Positions 39,310 to 49,271 of a stretch of DNA of 64,000 bases are shown here, piece after piece; within the stretch, counting starts at the first letter, position 1; the number at the start of each line of letters is the position of its first letter. The stretch comes from Candidatus Bathyarchaeota archaeon. GTDB lineage: Archaea > Thermoproteota > Bathyarchaeia > TCS64. Both the position numbers and the translations under genes were made by a program. The notes beneath the pieces are model-generated. The model searched no databases and was not told where the DNA came from. It saw nothing but the letters and a program-made list of their open reading frames with translations. The stretch is taken from positions 192,001 to 256,000 of the forward strand of contig CAVYLP010000001.1 of assembly GCA_963769425.1 (NCBI GenBank), read 5' to 3'.

Positions 39310-40844
39310 TGACCGTGCGCAAATTCAGGCAGGCTGACTGGGATGAGCCCCTCGTATTCGAGCTCAGCCACGAAGGCAGGTACGGCTTCCACCCGCCGGA
39401 GGCGGAGGAGGAGATAAAGGATGAGGTGAATGTGGAGTGGCTCGTACCCCAGGGTATCATGAGGGAGAAACCTCCAGGACTACCCGAGATAAGCGAGATG
39501 GAGGTACTCCGCCACTACATACACCTCAGCCAGATGAACTACGGCGTCAACAGCGGCCTCATCTACCCCCTCGGCAGCTGCACCATGAAGTACAACCCGA
39601 TAATCAACGAGGTACTCGCGGGGCATCCGAGTCTAACCGAGGCACACCCAGACCAAGACCCATCAACCGTCCAGGGAGTCCTCGAGTTCCTCTACAAGCT
39701 GAAGCAGGGCTACCTCTCAGTCACAGGGATGGATGACGCGACCCTGCAGCCGGCTGCCGGCGCCCACGGTGAGTGGACGGGCATCATGCTCATCCGTGCC
39801 TACCATCAGGACCGCGGGGAGCTGGCTCAGCGTACCGAGATCATTGTCCCGGACAGCGCCCATGGAACGAATCCCGCAAGCGCTGCGATGGGCGGCTTCA
39901 AGATAGTCGAGGTGCCATCAACCCCGGAGGGTATAGTCAACCTCGAAGCACTCAGGACTGCGGTCGGCCCGCAGACCGCTGGGCTGATGCTCACGAACCC
40001 TAACACCTTGGGCATCTTCGACCACCAGATCGCGGAGATCGCCGAGATCGTGCACAAGGCGGGTGGCCTCATGTACTACGACGGTGCGAACCTAAACGCA
40101 ATCATGGGCAAGTGCCGCCCAGGCGACATGGGATTCGATGTCGTCCACGTCAACCTACACAAGACCTTCAGCACCCCCCACGGGGGAGGCGGCCCAGGCA
40201 GCGGCCCGGTCGGCTGCAAGGCGATCCTCGCCAAGTACCTCCCCGTCCCCGACATCGTCTACAAGGACGGCAAGTACGCCCTCAGCTACGACAAGCCGAA
40301 GAGCATCGGAAAGGTCCACGGCTACTACGGCAACGTCAACGTCATACTCAAGGCGTATGCCTACATGATCACGATGGGCCCAGATGGGCTACGTGAGGCC
40401 TCGGAGCTCAGCGTCCTGAACGCCAACTATATCGCCCGGAAACTCATGAACACTAAAGGTCTAAGTCTACCATTTGCACCCGAGAAGCCCCGCATGCACG
40501 AGGCGGTGCTGAGTGCCGAGAAGCTAAGTATCGACACTGGTGTGCGCGCCCTGAATGTGGCGAAGAATCTCCTCGACAGCGGTCAGCACGCCTCCACTAT
40601 CTACTTCCCATTGATCGTCCACGAGGCCCTCATGGTGGAGCCGACCGAGACGGAGCCAGTTGAGGCGCTCGATGACTTCATCGAGGTGGTGAAGAGTACG
40701 TGCGAGTTGGCCTATACGAACCCGGCTGAGGCCCTGAAGGCACCCGTGAACACGGTCGTGGGCAAGTTAGATGAGGCGAAGGCGGCGCACCCGAAGACGA
40801 TCTGCCTCAGCTGGCGGAAGCTCTGTCAACTAGTCGCTGAATGA
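39309..40844 (+). CDS. gcvPB: Glycine dehydrogenase subunit 2
   Basis: YPLGSCTMKYNP, QPAAGAHGE, SAHGTNPASA, NLHKTFSTPHGGGGPG. Confidence 0.97.
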   Translation: MTVRKFRQADWDEPLVFELSHEGRYGFHPPEAEEEIKDEVNVEWLVPQGIMREKPPGLPEISEMEVLRHYIHLSQMNYGVNSGLIYPLGSCTMKYNPIINEVLAGHPSLTEAHPDQDPSTVQGVLEFLYKLKQGYLSVTGMDDATLQPAAGAHGEWTGIMLIRAYHQDRGELAQRTEIIVPDSAHGTNPASAAMGGFKIVEVPSTPEGIVNLEALRTAVGPQTAGLMLTNPNTLGIFDHQIAEIAEIVHKAGGLMYYDGANLNAIMGKCRPGDMGFDVVHVNLHKTFSTPHGGGGPGSGPVGCKAILAKYLPVPDIVYKDGKYALSYDKPKSIGKVHGYYGNVNVILKAYAYMITMGPDGLREASELSVLNANYIARKLMNTKGLSLPFAPEKPRMHEAVLSAEKLSIDTGVRALNVAKNLLDSGQHASTIYFPLIVHEALMVEPTETEPVEALDDFIEVVKSTCELAYTNPAEALKAPVNTVVGKLDEAKAAHPKTICLSWRKLCQLVAE

Positions 40845-40891
40845 GAACAGTTTTTATCCCTAGGGCGCGGATAGGCGGGTAAGGATCGAAG

Positions 40892-41410
40892 ATGCTGCCT
40901 GCCTTGGTCTCTCAGGGACTTGATTTCCTAAAGACACCGCCGTTCGCCACATACGCTATCCTGGGCATAGCAGTCGCCCTCGGCCTGCTGACCAGCTTCG
41001 TCAACGCGAGGATGACGGACCTCAAGGCCTATAGGAGGATGATGCTTGACAGCGCCAAGGCTCAGCACCAGATGATGGAGGCGGCGAAGAGCGGAAACCA
41101 GAGGGCAATCGACAAGGCGCAGAAGAAGCAGCAGGAGGTCATGGGGCAGCAGAGCAAGATGAGCATGGACCGGCTCAAGATCAGCCTATTCTTCATGATA
41201 CCCTTCCTGCTAATCTGGCAGCTCCTCGGCAGCTTCTTCGGGAACATAATCATCGCCTACTTCCCCTTCCAGTTCCCATTCATCCCCACGGAACTCAGCG
41301 TAGCCAACTGGTACCTCCTCTGCAGCTTCTCGTCAAGTGTCATAATCAGCCGCCTCCTCGGCCTCACGTTCGAGATCGACCCCGAGGAGCGGAACGTAAA
41401 AGATGAGTAA
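40892..41410 (+). CDS. EMC3/TMCO1 (DUF106) membrane insertase family protein
   Basis: TM-coiled coil-TM-TM, WYLLCS motif; conserved position upstream of cmk and rpl14e. Confidence 0.88.
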   Translation: MLPALVSQGLDFLKTPPFATYAILGIAVALGLLTSFVNARMTDLKAYRRMMLDSAKAQHQMMEAAKSGNQRAIDKAQKKQQEVMGQQSKMSMDRLKISLFFMIPFLLIWQLLGSFFGNIIIAYFPFQFPFIPTELSVANWYLLCSFSSSVIISRLLGLTFEIDPEERNVKDE

Positions 41411-41948
41411 GCGAAAACTTGTTATAACTGTCGCGGGGCCCCACGGCTCCGGCAGGAGCACACAAGCGAGGAAGCTGGCTGAAATCTTCAACCTTAGATA
41501 CATCTCGACCGGAACCCTCTTCAGGGAAAAGGCGCAGCAGATGGGGGTCTCCCTCAGCGAGATGTCGAAGATTGCCGCTTCTGACGGCTCCTTCGACAGG
41601 CTCCTCGACAACCAGGCTAGGGATGAAACTAGGAAGGGCGGAGTCATTCTTGACGCTACATTGTCTGGTTGGGTCGCCGAGGACCCAGACATCCGTATCT
41701 ACCTGACGGCCCCACTTGATGTCCGCGTGAGGCGTATCGCCGAGAGGGAGAAGCGGAGCGCATTCGAGGTAGAGGAGGAGACGAGGCACCGGGAGGAGGT
41801 GGAGGTGGAGAGGTTCCGCCGCTACTACGGCTACGACATTACTGATCTTACTATATATGATGTCGTCCTTAACACGGCCATCGCGGGCGAGGAGGGTATC
41901 GCGAATATCCTTAAGAACGTGGTCGAAGCATACATGGGCGAAAGGTGA
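41403..41948 (+). CDS. cmk: Cytidylate kinase (archaeal)
   Basis: ITVAGPHGSGRST (P-loop with K to R), LTAPLDVRVRRIAERE, RFRRYYG.D...YD. Confidence 0.9.
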   Translation: MSKRKLVITVAGPHGSGRSTQARKLAEIFNLRYISTGTLFREKAQQMGVSLSEMSKIAASDGSFDRLLDNQARDETRKGGVILDATLSGWVAEDPDIRIYLTAPLDVRVRRIAEREKRSAFEVEEETRHREEVEVERFRRYYGYDITDLTIYDVVLNTAIAGEEGIANILKNVVEAYMGER

Positions 41949-42187
41949 GCATTGTGCCAGCATTCGAAGTCGGTAGAGTCTGCGTCAAGACCGCGGGTAG
42001 GGACTCGGGTAGACGCTGCGTTATAATCGACCTGATGGATAAGAACTTCGCCCTCGTGACGGGGCCGAAGAGTATCTCGGGTGTCCGGCGCCGTAGGGTT
42101 AACGTCAACCACCTCAAGCCCCTCGAGGAGAAGATCCAGATCGAGAAGGGCGCTACGGACGAGCAGATTGCTGCACTCCTCAAGTAA
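41945..42187 (+). CDS. rpl14e: 50S ribosomal protein L14e
   Basis: EVGRVCVKTAGRDSG, VTGPK..SGVRRRRVN..HL.P. Confidence 0.96.
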   Translation: MSIVPAFEVGRVCVKTAGRDSGRRCVIIDLMDKNFALVTGPKSISGVRRRRVNVNHLKPLEEKIQIEKGATDEQIAALLK

Positions 42188-42282
42188 ATATTGCTAAATT
42201 CGAGCTGTATAAATAGTGATTATTATCTCATGTGCAGTCAACACTATTTAAATAAAAAGTAGTAAACGATGATCAGGAATGC

Positions 42283-42534
42283 CTACATCTTTTCGAGGTA
42301 GGCAACGTTGTTGACGACTGAAACCTCAATCTTGGCGTTCAGGTCTCGGGCGTCGATTCTCTTCTTTAGCTGAGTCCTCAGGTAGTTTGCATCCTTACCT
42401 GATACCTCAACCTTCACTAGGCTGGACTTTCCACCGACGAACTTGTCGATGATGGGGTCATATTTGCTGCCCTTTCTGTACTTTCTAGAGGGCTTCTTCT
42501 CGACGTCTACCAATTTGAATGGTACATCGCTCAT
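42283..42534 (-). CDS. Small basic hypothetical protein (83 aa)
   Basis: GGTGG SD then ATG 42534; Lys/Arg-rich (KKPSRKYRKGSKYDPIID); AT-rich promoter region. Confidence 0.8.
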   Translation of the reverse strand: MSDVPFKLVDVEKKPSRKYRKGSKYDPIIDKFVGGKSSLVKVEVSGKDANYLRTQLKKRIDARDLNAKIEVSVVNNVAYLEKM

Positions 42535-42727
42535 TTTTTCCACCTGTACCAGAAGTGTTTAAATGAGTTATTAAATTTATTGCACATATTGGATCTTCTA
42601 AATTATCAACAAGATTTGTGACATTTTAGGAATGTAAGTTGAGGTAACTTAATGGAATTCAGGTTAATGCTTATATTAGGCACACCTGACGGGTTATCTC
42701 TTTGAAGGTTTTTACTCCGAGTTGAAG

Positions 42728-42820
42728 TTATTTCAGAGTTATGTATTCGTCAGGTGTTTGAGCTTGATCGATGTTGTCGGGTCCGCAGATCACTGGGGGT
42801 ATCCCCGCCGTGAGGTGCGC
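42728..42820 (-). pseudogene. Short relic of an M20 (ArgE-like) C-terminus
   Basis: Manual translation AGIPPVICGPDNIDQAQTPDEYITLK* resembles the M20 GIP...GPG..QAH..DEY motif; no upstream domain. Confidence 0.5.
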
Positions 42821-42910
42821 CCTGAGGGCTGCTTGTGGAGTATCTTGGCTAGGAGGTGGACAACCTCGCTCGAATGGAATGTAAAAATGATCCGATTCGG
42901 TAGAGGTTTT

Positions 42911-42989
42911 TGGTGCTCCCGCCGGGATTTGAACCCGGGATCCCTGACTCGAAAGGCCAGTATGCTTGTCCGGTCTACACCACGGGAGC
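42911..42989 (-). tRNA. tRNA-Glu (TTC), CCA encoded
   Basis: GCTCCCG...CTGGC-CTTTCGA-GTCAG...GGTTCAAATCC...CGGGAGCACCA cloverleaf. Confidence 0.96.
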
Positions 42990-43084
42990 GTGCTGAGATG
43001 TTAGGCTTCGACCCGTTTATAATCGTTGCTCAGACTCTGGTCGGTAGTGTTTTTATATTCTTCGTGGGGGTTTACCTGATGCGT

Positions 43085-43162
43085 GGGCCCGTAGCTCAGT
43101 TTGGCTAGAGCACCCGGCTCATAACCGGGTGGTCATGGGTTCAAGTCCCTTCGGGCCCACCA
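43085..43162 (+). tRNA. tRNA with CAT anticodon, most likely tRNA-Ile2, CCA encoded
   Basis: GGGCCCG acceptor stem typical of archaeal Ile tRNAs; CCCGG-CTCATAA-CCGGG arm; GGTTCAAGTCC; TATA at ~43051. Confidence 0.92.
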
Positions 43163-43534
43163 TGTTATTTTGGTGGAAAGCGTTGTATAGATTTTAACGA
43201 AAAATTGAAGTTTTTTATGAGAAAAACCTGTCACTCTGAACGTCACTCGTTCTGCGACAAACAGGTGATACTTGGGCAGTTAAGACCAAGAACGTTCTAC
43301 GAGTTCATCCAGGTTAATATATCTTCATCCCAACAAATATAAATATATTTTGTTTTGATATATCGAATTTATTAATTTATATAAGTTAATAAAAAGTTGG
43401 AAAAGTATCTTCGCCTCACCTCACGAACAGTTTTAGTGCATCCATGTCCGCTTCCTCCCCTTAGCCAATCTTCGAGCCTCCTCTGCTCAATCGCCGTGAA
43501 TATGCGTGTTTTCACATGGATGCCCCCCAAACAC

Positions 43535-43563
43535 CCGGGTAAAAACCGGGTAAAAACAGGGTA
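43535..43563. repeat. 11-bp tandem repeat CCGGGTAAAAA (~2.6 copies)
   Basis: ccgggtaaaaa ccgggtaaaaa cagggta. Confidence 0.75.
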
Positions 43564-43576
43564 TCATGGACTCCTT

Positions 43577-43752
43577 TGTTCCCAGTAACATGGTACATGT
43601 TCCTAGTAGCGTGGAACAGATCGTTCCTAGTAGGGTGGAACATGCGGGTCCTTGATTCACGCGTGGTGTTCCGGGTAAGGTGGTACGTGTTCCTGGTAGC
43701 AGGGTACAATTGTTCCTAGCTACATGGAACATGTTCCTTGTAGGACGGTATA
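43577..43752. repeat. Array of seven degenerate 21-bp palindromic repeats TGTTCC-N9-GG(A/T)ACA
   Basis: Units start at 43577, 43598, 43622, 43667, 43688, 43711, 43732. Confidence 0.88.
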
Positions 43753-43986
43753 TTGGTTTATCCACGTTTTTCATCATTTTACCTTACCCCTTCCAGTCGC
43801 TGCACCAGTAGAGGTAGGCCTTGCTCTGCCCGAGGACTGCGAGGTTCTGAAGGCATTCGATGGACCACATGGCTGATTTTTTTTTACTTATACCTTGCTA
43901 CAGGTACAAGGGAGACTTGGAAACAGTTCCCCTTCTGCACACACTCAAAACTTACATAAAAAATTATTAGCATAATAATCGTAGAT

Positions 43987-44460
43987 TTATAAACCCTGAA
44001 TATAAGCCTGTGCACAGTGGACACAGCAAAATACCTGTTCCTTACCCTCGACCATTTCCTTATGCCCACCTTTGTATACAACACACCCACAGTGGGGACA
44101 GATATCGAGGCTCGGCTCGATAGCGGCAGAGACTATACCATAGAAGCGTTTGAACATGGCGCGAGCATAGATTCGCCCCTCATCGGTAAGGGAGTAGAGT
44201 TTTTTCTCTTTGTTTCCAATCATGTAGCTTTCGACCGATATCAGCCCTTTTCCATTTAACTGTTGGAGGAAAGGGTAAACGGTTCCAGGGCTGATCTTTT
44301 TCCCAACGCGTTCCTTATACTTTCTGAGTATCCCGTAACCGTGCTCGGGGCCCTCGTAGAGGATTGTAAGCATGTAGAATCGGGAGAAGTCCGATACTAT
44401 ACTATAGTCTTCGGCTAACAAGAGCCATTCGACCAAGAAATCTATCGACAGCTGATACAT
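43987..44460 (-). CDS. PadR family regulator with C-terminal Cys-rich (TRASH-like) domain
   Basis: HGY.I, SPGTVYPFL..L...GLI, Y.LT.EG; CPHCGC...FCCVHCA. Confidence 0.9.
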   Translation of the reverse strand: MYQLSIDFLVEWLLLAEDYSIVSDFSRFYMLTILYEGPEHGYGILRKYKERVGKKISPGTVYPFLQQLNGKGLISVESYMIGNKEKKLYSLTDEGRIYARAMFKRFYGIVSAAIEPSLDICPHCGCVVYKGGHKEMVEGKEQVFCCVHCAQAYIQGL

Positions 44461-44575
44461 TTAACATTATCTAATCACCATCAGAAAAAATAGAAAGTAA
44501 ATATAGTAATTACTGGAAAAGAATCTTTTCGGTTCTAAAAAAGTTAAGAAAAAAAGGTCGAATAGGTTAGTGAGT

Positions 44576-45908
44576 TTATGGCCCGATGGGCGTGAATCCG
44601 AGGACGGCTGGGAAGAAGACTGTTCCTTCTCCTTCCTTGATCTCCTCGGCGTCAGGGTTGTACTGCGCCATGATTATACTCACCGAGGCCTTCGTGGCAC
44701 TCGGGTAGAAGCCCCATACATCGTATGATGGACCGATCCTGTCGCCGGTCGCGTCGAGGCGGCAGGAACCTGCTGCACCGAACGTCTGGTCTGCAGTGGG
44801 CTTCTGTAGCGGGACTAGTACAGCACCTGAAGTGCTCTGAGTCTGGTACATCGAGTTCATGAGTACCAGGGCGATGTCGTAGGAGTAAGCCTGATAGGCA
44901 TTGAACTGCTGCTTTGTCGCTGCTGTGTACCTTGTATCTAGGCTGTTGTAGAGGGGGGTAAGCGTCTGCTGAGATAGTAGGCTGTAGAAGCCGATGTGGT
45001 TAGCCTCATCGGGAGCATCATCCATAGCCCTCTGGCTAACTGCCGTGCCATCGCTGCCCCACCAGTGGACGTTGTAGATGTTCGGGTAGCTGCTCACCTG
45101 CTTGAGGATGACGGAGATCTCGCTGAAGGAGAGCATCACTACGCCGACCCTCTGAGTCTCGCCGCCATTAGCTGCAACCGCAGTCTGCTACCTGCTGGTC
45201 AGCGACCGTCAAGTAGTTCGAGAACTCCGTCGCCTCAGCCGCGTACCTGATCTTGTCACCGACGATGTTTCCGCCCTTCGCCGTCCAGGCGGGGACCAGG
45301 AGGTTGATGATGCCGTCACCCCAAGAGTCGCCGCGCTGGAAGAGGACGAGGCTCTTCACGCCGGCCGCCCACATGATGTTCACCATCGCGGGTGCGAGGT
45401 GGCTGTCGGCGGTGCACATGCGGAAGAGGTTGTCGTTAGCGATCGCGAGCGTCGGGGAGGTGGAGGACGAGCTCCACATGAGCATGCCGTTTGAGTTGCA
45501 GTAGCTGAGGGCCGATTCGGCCTCGGCCGACCAGCCTCCACCCTCGAAGACGGTGACTCCTGCTGACTTGAAGCCCTGAACCTTCTCGAGGTGGGTGTTT
45601 GCCTGACCCTGGGCGTCGTCGACAAGGTACGTGAACGTTGTTCCGTAGCCAAGTATCTGGCTATACGCGTTCATGTCGGTGGCGATTATCTGCTCGTGGT
45701 ATGGTTTACCGACCTCTAGGGCCGTAGTGTCTGCGGCTATGTAGCCGATCTTGACCGCTGCATTCTTCAGGGGAATCTCGGGAACAACGGTGGGAACAAC
45801 GGTAGTTAATACCGTTGTGCTGCCATTGCCACCCTGTGGTGCGGCGAAGTATCCGATGCCTCCGCCTACGATCAAGCCAGCGACTAGAAGAACTATTGCT
45901 AGTGTCAT
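44576..45908 (-). CDS. ABC substrate-binding protein, branched-chain amino acid (type 1 PBP) family (frameshift near 45185)
   Basis: N-terminal anchor, SSSSTSPTLAIANDNLFR, RGDSWGDG; second frame continues WWGSDG, YSYD, GAAG.CRLDATGDR. Confidence 0.85.
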
Positions 45909-46187
45909 TCCTTTATCTGCCAAGTTTTACACCTTTTTGAATTTTGGTGATGATTCACCGAAAATACATCGGCTCACGATATATTTATCTTTTGACCTAC
46001 TACTCGTTTTAATGATATTAAAGTAATTTTTAACTAAATAAAGAACCTATTAAAAACTTGAGTAAATCATCCACCCTTATGGATGAATTAAAATGGGGTC
46101 CAGGACACCAAAACTTGATGCCGCGTTGTATGTTCACTCGATCAATAGACTTATTCACTATAGTTAAATTGGCTGTCCACCGAAAGA

Positions 46188-46424
46188 TTAAGGGAATTGA
46201 TTCGCTTCGGATGGCGGAACTGAGCCTTTGAGGAGAGTGAATTTGATGGCGCCCCAGAGGACCTCCACGGCCTTTTGACTGTCGACGAGCCACATTTCAC
46301 TTGGTTTCTTGGTGTAGAGGGGAGAGAATATGCGATCCATCGCCTCCTTGGGGATGCCCATACCCGTGTCCTGACTCAGTGTCACTCCGCCCGCCTCCTC
46401 TCCACTGCGCGTATAAAGTTTCAA
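46188..46424 (-). pseudogene. Histidine kinase ATPase-domain remnant
   Basis: QDTGMGIPKEAMDRIFSPLYTKK (G1/F boxes) but no G2 box, H-box or N-box; low-GC surroundings. Confidence 0.7.
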
Positions 46425-46489
46425 AGCGTAGGAGCGATTCTATTAAAACTTACAAAAAATCCGGCATTTACTAACATCAACGGCCTGAT

Positions 46490-49138
46490 CTAGAGCGGCG
46501 TCAAAATCTCAAGCAAGTCGCTCTTCGACCAGAACTTCTCCCCCTCAAGCCCTGCGTCGATGACGCCGTCGATGATCCGCCTCTTCCTCTTGATGAGGGC
46601 GTCGATCTTCTCCTCCAGCGTGTTCTCGACGAGTATCTTGTGGATGTAGACTGTACGCGTCTGACCTATGCGGTGGACCCTGTCTGTGGCCTGGTCCTCG
46701 ATGGCGGGGCTGAACCAGTTGTCGACGTGTATGACGTGGTTGGCGGCTGTGAGGTTGATGCCGTGGCCCGAGGCGAGGACGCTGCAGAGCGCCACCGCGT
46801 AGCCGCCGCAGTTGAAGGCGTCGATGAGTCCCTGCCTGTCGCGGGTCTGCCCATCTATCCGGATGTACCTAATTCCAGCGCCCTTGAGGTGCTCCTCCAG
46901 CAGGTTGAGGGTACCAATAAAGTTGGTGAAGACGACACAGCTCTCCCCACCCTCCCATATTTCGCCTATCTTCTCGCAGACTAGATCAAACTTCTCTGAG
47001 CGGCCTAGGATGGGCTCCCAGACACCGTCGATCATGGCTGGATGGTCGCAGAGCTGGCGGAGCTTCATTATGACGGGGAGGACGCTGTCAATGTAACCGA
47101 CGCGCTGCCCGGATCGGATGCGCCCCTCCATCGGGGCCACCTCGGAGTCCTGTATGCGCTGGTAGAGCAGCTTCTGCTCACCCGTGAGGCTGACCCAGTA
47201 CCCCATCTGTATCTTCTCGGGCAGGTCCTTCGCGACCTGCTCCTTCTTCCGACGGAGGATGAACGGGCGTACACGCCTCTTCAACTCCTCGACCTGCGTC
47301 GAGTCCCCTTCGACTATTGGTTTCTCGTACCGCCAAAGGAACTCATGGTACGTACCGAGGTGGTCGCGCATGAGGAAGTCGAAGAGGCTCCAGAGCTCAG
47401 CGGGCCGGTTCTCAATTGGGGTGCCGCTGAGCGCGAGCTTGTGCGCCGCGTTCAGGGTCTTCACCGCTCCCGCCCTCTGTGTGCCTGGGTTCTTTATGCG
47501 GGTCCCCTCGTCGAGGACGACGAAGAACCAGGCGATACACCTGAACTCCTCAATGTCGGCGACGACTGTGTCATAGCTGGAGACGTAGATAACCCGTTTA
47601 CCGTCCGGGGGCTCTAGCCTCCGCCCCTGCCCGTGGTAGACTCTGACGACGGTTGTGCAGGGAAAGACGGCGGCTATCTCCTTCTCCCAGTGGCGCATGA
47701 CGGCGACAGGGCAGATGATGAGGGATGGCTCCGAGGCACCCGCTTCCTCGTATATGTATCTCATTGAGACTAGACTCTGGAGGGTCTTCCCGAGCCCCAT
47801 ATCATCGGCGAGGAGTCCGTGGAGGTTGTGCTCGAATAGCCAGTTGAGCCACTGGATTCCCGAGCGCTGGTAGGGGAAGAGGCCCCGCCCGTGGGACTCC
47901 AGGTGCTCCTCGATCTTCGTGGGAAGATGATACGTGTCATCACCGCGGAAGTCGGTTATCTTGTCGAGGAAATTGTGGTAGTCCTCGGACGCCTTCTTGA
48001 GGCCACCTATCTCCTCTATAAACTCTTCAAGCGACTTGTAGGCGTGTAGGCCGAGGCGGTAGCCCTTCGGCGTCTTCTTGGCGCCGAGTTTCTTGAGACT
48101 TTCTTCGTCACCGCGCCTCTGGACCTCGACCCGCTTGGCCCAGGTATAATCGTCGGTCTTCACGTACTGCCCATCGCCGCTGACGGATAGTCCCGGGGCG
48201 TCTGTGAGGGGGTCGTAGATGACGTTGAAGTCTAGCCACCCCGGCTCCGTGTAGTCGATGACTACTGTGGGGGGGAGGTAGTCCTCGGTTATGTTGATCT
48301 TGCTGGCTCTATCAGTGAGGACAGCGGAGAACTCACTCCTCAGAAGCACGAGGTCCCTGAGGAAGAACTCGGGGATGTCGCGTAGGTCGATTGGCTTCTC
48401 GGCGAGGCTCATCGCCTTCTCTGCGGCCTCGTTGAGGAGGTAGAAGGTGTCGTCGACCTTGAGGTAGCCGTCGAGGTGCTCGACGGCGGAGCTCTCGATC
48501 TTATGCCCGTCGGCATCCGCGAACTGGGGGGCGACCGTGACGCCCAAATCCGGCTTGTAGTCGACCGTGATGCCCATTATCGGGCTACCCGTCCTTACCC
48601 TAATCCCCCTCGACTTCTCTGTCTCGCGGACGCGGAGGAGCCTCCTGAGGGTGAGGAGGATATTGGGGCTAAAGGAGAAAACGAGGTGCCCCCCTTGCAC
48701 ATCCGGCCTGAGGGAGCGGATGCTCGCGAGCACGCTGAGGCTCTCAGGGTTGAGGGTTTTCTTCAGCCCGTTGATTGTGATCGTTCCCCCTGTGGTGTCG
48801 ATCTGGGATACGTCGACGTGCTCCGAAACTCCTGACGCATTGACCTCGATGACGTGGCGGTCCTCATCATCTACGTCCAAGGTGAAGGAGAGGTCAATCC
48901 CTCGGGGTGGAGCAGGCCTCGGGGCAGTAAGCTCAGCCATGAGGCCCCTGATGCTTTGCGACTGCCTCCTTGGCTCCTCGACCACGCCCGCGTTGTCGCA
49001 GGGGGAGAAGCACCTTATCACAGACTCCGATCCTCGTACCCAGTAGAGGTATCTCTTCCTGCATCTTAGGCACCGCTCCGGGTTCCGAGGCACTATGATC
49101 TTGGGGGTTAGCGGCAATCCGCCACTAGACGAGTACAC
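46490..49138 (-). CDS. SNF2 family helicase-like ATPase
   Basis: LFPYQ..G, LADDMGLGKT, LDEG, LSGTPIEN, LRQLCDHP, GINLTAA, QATDRVHRIGQ; start uncertain. Confidence 0.93.
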   Translation of the reverse strand: MYSSSGGLPLTPKIIVPRNPERCLRCRKRYLYWVRGSESVIRCFSPCDNAGVVEEPRRQSQSIRGLMAELTAPRPAPPRGIDLSFTLDVDDEDRHVIEVNASGVSEHVDVSQIDTTGGTITINGLKKTLNPESLSVLASIRSLRPDVQGGHLVFSFSPNILLTLRRLLRVRETEKSRGIRVRTGSPIMGITVDYKPDLGVTVAPQFADADGHKIESSAVEHLDGYLKVDDTFYLLNEAAEKAMSLAEKPIDLRDIPEFFLRDLVLLRSEFSAVLTDRASKINITEDYLPPTVVIDYTEPGWLDFNVIYDPLTDAPGLSVSGDGQYVKTDDYTWAKRVEVQRRGDEESLKKLGAKKTPKGYRLGLHAYKSLEEFIEEIGGLKKASEDYHNFLDKITDFRGDDTYHLPTKIEEHLESHGRGLFPYQRSGIQWLNWLFEHNLHGLLADDMGLGKTLQSLVSMRYIYEEAGASEPSLIICPVAVMRHWEKEIAAVFPCTTVVRVYHGQGRRLEPPDGKRVIYVSSYDTVVADIEEFRCIAWFFVVLDEGTRIKNPGTQRAGAVKTLNAAHKLALSGTPIENRPAELWSLFDFLMRDHLGTYHEFLWRYEKPIVEGDSTQVEELKRRVRPFILRRKKEQVAKDLPEKIQMGYWVSLTGEQKLLYQRIQDSEVAPMEGRIRSGQRVGYIDSVLPVIMKLRQLCDHPAMIDGVWEPILGRSEKFDLVCEKIGEIWEGGESCVVFTNFIGTLNLLEEHLKGAGIRYIRIDGQTRDRQGLIDAFNCGGYAVALCSVLASGHGINLTAANHVIHVDNWFSPAIEDQATDRVHRIGQTRTVYIHKILVENTLEEKIDALIKRKRRIIDGVIDAGLEGEKFWSKSDLLEILTPL

Positions 49139-49271
49139 CCGGCTAAAAACCGTGCGGAGCCCCCTGAGGGAGAGCCGTCAACTTTTACAGAAAGGCTTTA
49201 AACCGGGCTCCGCATCTCCATGCGTGAATCCCCCGGTTACACGGGGGGCAATGACTCTCAGAGTGTTCAAT

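Noticed and set aside
42722-43108. 128-aa plus-strand ORF
   Set aside because: Overlaps both tRNA genes; shadow ORF.
43577-43752. CRISPR array
   Set aside because: Repeats are nearly contiguous and degenerate with no 30-40 nt spacers; no cas genes.
43487-43777. ORFs with 7-aa repeats across the 21-bp array
   Set aside because: The 2-nt gap at 43709-43710 breaks the repeat frame and conservation is palindromic at DNA level, so these ORFs are treated as by-products.
43162-49100. tRNA-anchored integrated element
   Set aside because: No integrase, and no duplicated tRNA 3' end was found by eye.
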